From NCBI GenBank assembly GCA_964016885.1, contig OZ024766.1, forward strand, positions 3,968,001-4,032,000: DNA of 64,000 nt, read 5' to 3'. The DNA comes from Eledone cirrhosa (Eukaryota). Shown in pieces: positions 55,063 to 64,000 of this stretch. Position 1 is the stretch's first letter. The number at the start of each line of letters is the position of its first letter. The notes beneath the pieces are model-generated. The model was not told the DNA's origin. It made no database searches and saw nothing but the letters and a program-made list of their open reading frames with translations. The translations under genes were made by a program, and so were the position numbers.

Positions 55063-55227
55063 ATTTTGCTGTAACGGAATTCATGTGGTATAAAAAAATT
55101 CGTTGTAACGAAAAGTTCTTTATAACGAGATCGACCTAACACATCGAGCGTGTGGCCGGGGAATCAAAATAATTTCCTTATACTGAAAAATTCGTTATTA
55201 TGGTATTCGTTATAACGGAATTTTACC

Positions 55228-55229
<2 letters not shown>
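55063..55229. mobile_element. MITE related to 13298-13451, opposite orientation
   Basis: Ends TTCGTTATAACGGAATTTTACCTG; shares TTTATAACGAGAT.GACC. Confidence 0.6.
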
Positions 55230-55321
<92 letters not shown>

Positions 55322-55425
55322 CATATAGATATAATCATAATATATACACATATACATATAAACATATATATATAAACATATACATATACATATAAACATA
55401 TATATCATATTTATATATATATATA

Positions 55426-55463
<38 letters not shown>

Positions 55464-55653
55464 TAAATATATATACATATATATACATATATATATAAAC
55501 ATATATATATATATATATACACATATATATATATAAACATATAAATATATACATATATATATATATACATATACATGTATATATATATATGTATGTGTAT
55601 ATTTCTATCTATCTATCTATATATATATAGATAGATAGAAATATACATATATA

Positions 55654-55707
<54 letters not shown>

Positions 55708-55798
55708 ATATATATATATATATATAGTATACATATATAGTATATATATATGGTACACATATATATAGCACATATATATACATATACACATACACAAT

Positions 55799-55830
<32 letters not shown>

Positions 55831-55987
55831 CATACACATATATACTATACAAACATACATATACACGTACACTCACACACACACATACACACATACAACA
55901 CACACATACACGGATACATACCTATATGTGTGTACAGGTAAACAAGAGGTTGATCATGTTGATGATGATGGTGATGGCGGTGTGGTG

Positions 55988-56146
55988 TAGTTGTTTAGCC
56001 CAGGGTCAGCCGTGCAGAGCAAACCTGTGATTCGCGGCCATCCAGCCGTGGCCATCCAGCCAGATTTTTCTGTCTGAAAGACAACCCATTGTGGTCGGTT
56101 GATGTGAGCTTTCGAGGGGGAGTTGGCTGCTATTTCCAGCAGGTCT
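55988..56146 (-). mobile_element. Diverged interspersed repeat (SINE-A) related to the 70-bp and 51-bp array units
   Basis: Minus strand: ACCTGCTGGAAATAGCAGCCAACTCCCCCTC...GGATGGCCACGGCTGGA...GCTGACCCTGGGCTAAACAAC. Confidence 0.65.
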
Positions 56147-56159
56147 TGTAGTTGTGTCT

Positions 56160-58830
56160 CTTGGTGGTGTTGTAGTGGTGGTGGTGTTGTGGTGGTGTGG
56201 TGGTGGTGGTGGTGTTGTGGTGTTGGTGGTGGTGTTGTGGTGGTGTTGTGGTGGTGGTGGTGGTGGTGGTGTAGTGGTGGTGTTGTGGTGGTGGTGGTGG
56301 TGGTGTGGTGTTGTGGTGGTGGTGTTGTGGTGGTGGTGGTGTTGTGGTGGTGGTGTTGTGGTGGTGGTGGTGTGGTGGTGGTGGTGGTGTGGTGGTGTAG
56401 TGGTGGTGGTGTTGTGGTGGTGGTGTGGTGGTGGTGGTGGTGTGGTGGTGTAGTGGTGGTGGTGTTGTGGTGGTGGTGTGGTGGTGGTGTGGTGTTGTGG
56501 TGGTGGTGGTGGTGTGGTGGTGGTGTTGTGGTGGTGGTGGTAGTTGTGGTGGTGGTGTGGTGGTGGTGTTGTGGTGGTGGTGGTAGTTGTGGTTGGTGTT
56601 GTGGTGGTGGTGGTGGTGTGGTGGTGGTGTTGTGGTGGTGGTGGTGGTGGTGTGGTGTTGTGGTGGTGGTGTTGTGGTGGTGGTGGTGTGGTGGTGGTGG
56701 TGGTGTGGTGGTGTAGTGGTGGTGGTGTTGTGGTGGTGGTGTGGTGGTGGTGGTGGTGTGGTGGTGTAGTGGTGGTGGTGTTGTGGTGGTGGTGTGGTGG
56801 TGGTGTGGTGTTGTGGTGGTGGTGGTGGTGTGGTGGTGGTGTTGTGGTGGTGGTGGTAGTTGTGGTGGTGGTGTGGTGGTGGTGGTGGTGTGGTGGTGGT
56901 GTTGTGGTGGTGGTGGTAGTTGTGGTGGTGGTGTTGTGGTGGTGGTGGTGGTGTGGTGGTGGTGTTGTGGTGGTGGTGGTAGTTGTGGTGGTGGTGTGGT
57001 GGTGGTGGTGGTGTTGTGGTGGTGGTGTGGTGGTGGTGGTGGTGTGGTGGTGGTGGTGTGGTGGTGGTGGTGGTGTGGTGGTGGTGGTGTTGTGGTGGTG
57101 GTGGTGTGGTGGTGGTGGTGGTGTGGTGGTGTTGTGGTGGTGGTGGTGTGGTGGTGGTGGTGTGGTGGTTGTGTTGTGGTGGTGGTGGTGTTGTGGTGGT
57201 GGTGGTGGTGTGGTGGTGGTGTGGTGGTGGTGGTGGTGTTGTGGTGGTGGTGGTAGTTGTGGTGGTGGTGTGGTGGTGGTGTGGTGTTGGTGGTGTTTAG
57301 GTGGTGGTGGTGGTGGTGGTGGTGGAGTTGTGGTGGTGGTGTTGTGGTGGTGGTGGTGTGGTGGTGTAGTAGTGGTGGTGTTGTGGTGGTGGTGGTGTTG
57401 TGGTGGTGGTGGTGGTGTGGTGGTGGTGTGGTGTTGTGGTGGTGGTGTTGTGGTGGTGGTGGTGTGGTGGTGTAGTAGTGGTGGTGTTGTGGTGGTGGTG
57501 GTGTTGTGGTGGTGGTGGTGTTGTGGTGGTGGTGGTGGTGTGGTGGTGGTGGTGGTGTGGTGGTGGTGGAGTTGGTGGTGGTGGTGTTGTGGTGGTGGTG
57601 TTGTTGGTGTTGTGGTGGTGTTGTGGTGGTGGTGGTGGTGGTGGTGTAGTAGTGGTGGTGTTGTGGTGGTGGTGGTGTTGTGGTGGTGGTGGTGGTGTGG
57701 TGGTGGTGGTGGTGTGGTGGTGGTGGAGTTGGTGGTGGTGGTGTTGTGGTGGTGGTGTTGTTGGTGTTGTGGTGGTGGTGGTGTAGTGGTGGTGGTGTTG
57801 GTGGTGTTGTGGTGGAGGAGTTCGTGGTTGTGGTGTGGTGGTGGTGGAGTTGGTGGTGGTGGTGTTGTGGTGGTGGTGGTGTTGTGGTGGTGGTGGTGGT
57901 GGTGGTGGTGTTGTGGTGGTGGTGGTGGTAGTGGTGTAGTGGTGGTGGTGGTGGTGGTGGTGTGGTGGTGGTGGTTGTGGTGGTGGTGGTGTTGTGGTGG
58001 TGTTGGTGGTGTTGTGGTGGTGGAGTTGGTGGTTGTGGTGTGGTGGTGGTGGAGTTGGTGGTGGTGGTGTTGTGGTGGTGTTGGTGGTGGTGTTGGAGTG
58101 GTGGTGGTGGTTGTGGTGGTGGTGTTGTTGGTGTTGTGGTGGTGGTGGTGTAGTGGTGGTGGTGGAGGTGTTGTGGTGGTGGTGTGTGGTGGTGGTGGTG
58201 TTGTGGTGGTGGTGGTGTGGTGGTGTTGTGGTGGTGGTGTTGTGGTGGTGGTGTGGTGGTGTGGTGGTGTAGTGGTGGTGTTGTGGTGTTGTGGTATTGT
58301 GGTGGTGGTGGTGGTGGTGGTGATTGGTGGTGGTCGTGGTGTAGTGGTGGTGTTGTGGTGGTGGTGATTGGTTGTGGTGGTGTGGTGGCGGTGGTGGTGG
58401 TGGTGGTGTCCATGTCGTTGCGGTGGTGGTGGTGGTATGGTAGCACGTATGTAGTGGTGGTGGTGGGGCTGTCTAGATAAGGAGGGGCGGGTCAAAAAGG
58501 ATAACGAGATACAACAGTAGTGTTGTTGTTGTGGTGGTGGTGTCAGTGGTTGTGGTAGTGGTGGTGGTGGTGGTGTTGGTGATGGTGGTGGTGGTGTTGG
58601 TGGTGTCAGTGGTGGTGTTGGTGGTAGTGTAGCGGTGGTGGTGGTGGTGTTGGTGGCGGTGGTGGTGGTGGTGGTGGTGTTGGTTGTGTTGGTGGTAGTG
58701 TTGGTGGTGTTGGTGGTGGTGGTGATGGTGGTAGTGTAGCGGTGGTGGTGTTGGTGTTGGTTGTGTTGTTGGTGGTGGTGGTGGTGGTGATGGTGGTAGT
58801 GTAGCGGTGGTGGTGGTGGTGGTGATGTCA
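56160..58830. repeat. (GGT/GGTGT/GGTGTTGT)n field of about 2.6 kb
   Basis: Direct reading; source of the 829/830-aa pseudo-ORFs. Confidence 0.95.
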
Positions 58831-59026
58831 GTTCGCCGCTGTTGCCGCTTGTCTGTTTGAAGTTTAAACACTCCCGCCCCCATCTCCATCACACCCGCAC
58901 CCTACCCCTTCCCCCCACGTACATCCTCCCCCTACATGCCCTCCACCCCTCCCTTCCCAGCATCATCAGCAGTGGTTGATGGATGGGGAGGGGGTGGGGT
59001 AGACTCAGCTGCATCATTCACTGGCG

Positions 59027-59375
59027 GTAGTAGTAGTAGTGGTTGTAGTAGTTGTAGTAGTAGTGGTAGTAATAGTGGTTGTAGTAGTAGTAGTTGCAGT
59101 TGTAGTAGTAGTAGTAGTGGTTGTAGTAGTGGTTGTAGTAGTAGTGGTTGTAGTAGTGGTTGTAGTAGTAGTGGTTGCAGTTGTAGTAGTAGTAGTAGTA
59201 GTGGTTGTAGTAGTTGTAGTAGTAGTGGTAGTAATAGTGGTTGTAGTAGTAGTAGTTGCAGTTGTAGTAGTAGTAGTAGTGGTTGTAGTAGTGGTTGTAG
59301 TAGTAGTGGTTGTAGTAGTGGTTGTAGTAGTAGTGGTTGCAGTTGTAGTAGTAGTAGTAGTAGTGGTTGTAGTAG

Positions 59376-59427
<52 letters not shown>

Positions 59428-59435
59428 TGTAGTAG

Positions 59436-59481
<46 letters not shown>

Positions 59482-59532
59482 TGTAGTAGTAGTAGTAATA
59501 GTAGCAGTAGTAGTAGTAGTAGTAATAGTAGC

Positions 59533-59566
<34 letters not shown>

Positions 59567-59612
59567 ATAGTAGCAGTAGTAGTAACAGTGGTATTAGCAG
59601 TAGCAGTTGTAG
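59027..59612. repeat. (TAG)n-based field with a 162-bp higher-order duplication
   Basis: GGTTGTAGTAGTTGTAGTAGTAGTGGTAGTAAT at 59041 and 59203. Confidence 0.85.
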
Positions 59613-59720
59613 TACAACTACTACTACTACTACTGCTACTACTACCACCATTCTAATACAACCACCACACACACACACACATATATATACACATATCTAT
59701 TCAAATATATACACATGTAT

Positions 59721-59766
<46 letters not shown>

Positions 59767-60671
59767 AGAAATCTATACAGATATGTATAGATATTTAAAT
59801 ATATATATACAAATATAAAAATATATATACACATATGGACACATATATATACACATAAATACACATATACACACATATATACATATATATATATACACAC
59901 ACACATATACACACACATACACACATATATATACATATATACATATATATACACACACATACACATATATATATATATACATATATATACACACACATAC
60001 ACATATATATACATATATACATACATATATATACACACACACACACATATATACATATATATACACACATATATACATATATATATACATACACACACAT
60101 ATACACACACATACACACACATACACACATATATATACATATATATACACACATATACACACACATACACTCACACATACACACACATAACACACACATA
60201 TATATACATATACACACACATATATATACATATATATACACACACATACACACATATATATACATATATACATACATATATATATACACACACACACACA
60301 TATATATACACATATACACACACGCATACACACATCATATAATACACACATATATACACACATACACACACATATATACACATACACACATATACACACA
60401 CATATATATACACACATATACACACGCATACACTCACACATACACACACATAAGACACACATATATATACATATACACACACATACACATACATATATAT
60501 ACACACACATACACACACATAACACACTCATATATATACATATATATACACACATATACACACGCATACACACATCTATGTTATTGGAACGCTTCCCACT
60601 GACATTGCGACATTAAATTATAAATTCTCTGATGACAACAGATACAGTATATATACGCTAGTGTATATATA

Positions 60672-60718
<47 letters not shown>

Positions 60719-60750
60719 GGTGATGATAATTATGAAATATATATATCATA

Positions 60751-60818
<68 letters not shown>

Positions 60819-60893
60819 AAAAATGAAATTTCATTTCTCACTCTTAGTACATACTTATATTTATATATATCTATTTATTATTTATATATATAC

Positions 60894-60934
<41 letters not shown>

Positions 60935-61069
60935 TATGAATATATATATATATATTATTTATATATATATTATATATACATTATATAAATATATATATAT
61001 CATATATATATTATTTATGAATATATATATATATATTATTTATATATATATTATATATACATTATATAA

Positions 61070-61141
<72 letters not shown>

Positions 61142-61215
61142 CTAGAGATAAATATGTATACATTTATGTTTATATATACACATAAATATGTGTGTGTGTG
61201 TGCGTGTGTATATCC

Positions 61216-61260
<45 letters not shown>

Positions 61261-61364
61261 CATTCCCTCCCCCCCTCTCTCTCTATATATATATTTATAT
61301 ACATACAATGTATTTATATTTATCTATATCTCTAATGTTGGTCTGTGTGTATGTATATATATAT

Positions 61365-61436
<72 letters not shown>

Positions 61437-61618
61437 CAAACACACACACATATATATCTAAAGACCCCACCCCACCCCACACCCCTGCCCCACCCCACAC
61501 ACCACCCCGGGTACCTATCATCAGTTTTAATCTAACACAGATGCCAACAAATTTCAAATTATGTTTCAGCATCCGGGTTTCACGCGCGCGCACGAACACA
61601 TATTTACGTGTGTGTGTG

Positions 61619-61784
<166 letters not shown>

Positions 61785-61793
61785 TATATATAC

Positions 61794-61833
<40 letters not shown>

Positions 61834-61836
61834 TGA

Positions 61837-61875
<39 letters not shown>

Positions 61876-61877
61876 TT

Positions 61878-62052
<175 letters not shown>

Positions 62053-62090
62053 TGAACACATATATATATAAACACATATATATATATTGA

Positions 62091-62260
<170 letters not shown>

Positions 62261-62534
62261 ATATATATATATATATATAAACATATATATATATATATAT
62301 ATATATAAACATATATATATATATATATAAACATATATATATATATAAACATATATATATATATATATATATAAACATATATATATATATATATAAACAT
62401 ATATATATATATATATATATAAACATATATATATATATACACACACACTTATATATATATGTATATATATAGTGAAATAAAATAATAAAATAATACAAGG
62501 ACGATTGGTTACTCCTCCATTACGTTTATTGGTT

Positions 62535-62618
62535 GGTGACGCGCGTTTCGCCACTGATCAGCTCAAGGTTCGATCTGTATCGATCCGACCCGACTCTGTA
62601 TCCGCAGCTCGTCAGACC
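62535..62618 (-). ncRNA. Type I hammerhead with an extended stem II and palindromic stem III
   Basis: GGU-CUGACGA-GCUGC...(about 50 nt)...GUGGC-GAAACGCGCGUC^ACC followed by AAUAAA. Confidence 0.72.
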
Positions 62619-62704
62619 GCTTGTAATGTTAATAGGAAAATGAATACATGCTGTATGATAAAGTCAGGAGTTCCAATGGTGGTCATTAAAGTTTCTTTGT
62701 AAAC

Positions 62705-62787
<83 letters not shown>

Positions 62788-62806
62788 TATATACATATAT
62801 ATATAC

Positions 62807-62841
<35 letters not shown>

Positions 62842-62842
62842 C

Positions 62843-62901
<59 letters not shown>

Positions 62902-62902
62902 C

Positions 62903-62942
<40 letters not shown>

Positions 62943-62943
62943 G

Positions 62944-62987
<44 letters not shown>

Positions 62988-62989
62988 TA

Positions 62990-63020
<31 letters not shown>

Positions 63021-63027
63021 GTATATA

Positions 63028-63147
<120 letters not shown>

Positions 63148-63160
63148 CATATATATATAC

Positions 63161-63413
<253 letters not shown>

Positions 63414-63414
63414 C

Positions 63415-63495
<81 letters not shown>

Positions 63496-63498
63496 AAC

Positions 63499-63547
<49 letters not shown>

Positions 63548-63553
63548 TATATG

Positions 63554-63619
<66 letters not shown>

Positions 63620-63620
63620 C

Positions 63621-63662
<42 letters not shown>

Positions 63663-63741
63663 ATATATATATATATATATATATGTTTATATATATATAT
63701 ATATATTTATATACATATATATATGTATATATATATATATA

Positions 63742-63821
<80 letters not shown>

Positions 63822-63829
63822 ATTAGTAT

Positions 63830-63875
<46 letters not shown>

Positions 63876-64000
63876 GTAGGTATATATATACATACACGGC
63901 AACTGCAGAGATTTTCAAAGGAGTGGGACTCAGTTTTCCGGTGTTTTTTCCGTTCGTTCTGTCCTGTGCGCCCCTATTTTGAATATATATATATATATAT

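Noticed and set aside
55954-58495. 829/830/607-aa His/Thr/Pro or Val/Trp/Gly ORFs
   Set aside because: Translations of (GGT)n microsatellite, open in most frames.

Overview
Repeat-saturated animal genomic DNA, most likely a coleoid cephalopod such as Octopus (inferred from extreme (TA)n/(CA)n/(GGT)n density and the SINE families; not verifiable here). The only protein-coding gene I can support is the 3' part of fizzy-related/Cdh1 (FZR1, APC/C co-activator): five GT-AG exons between 2542 and 7780, ending in the diagnostic IR tail. Nearly all long ORFs in the track are artefacts of simple repeats. The rest holds tRNA-derived SINEs, LINE fragments (CR1/L2-like, RTE-like, R4/Dong-like), small Tc1/mariner-like MITEs and many minisatellites amplified from inside those elements. 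The most striking signal is about 20 type I hammerhead-ribozyme-like motifs (CUGANGA...GAAA...NUH) of several unrelated families. Many sit in short ORF-less fold-back elements embedded in (TA)n tracts, with a recurrent inverted arm / arm / unpaired tail layout resembling Penelope-like element termini. One lies sense-strand in the last fzr1 intron and one appears to have seeded a 16-bp satellite. All folds were done by eye.
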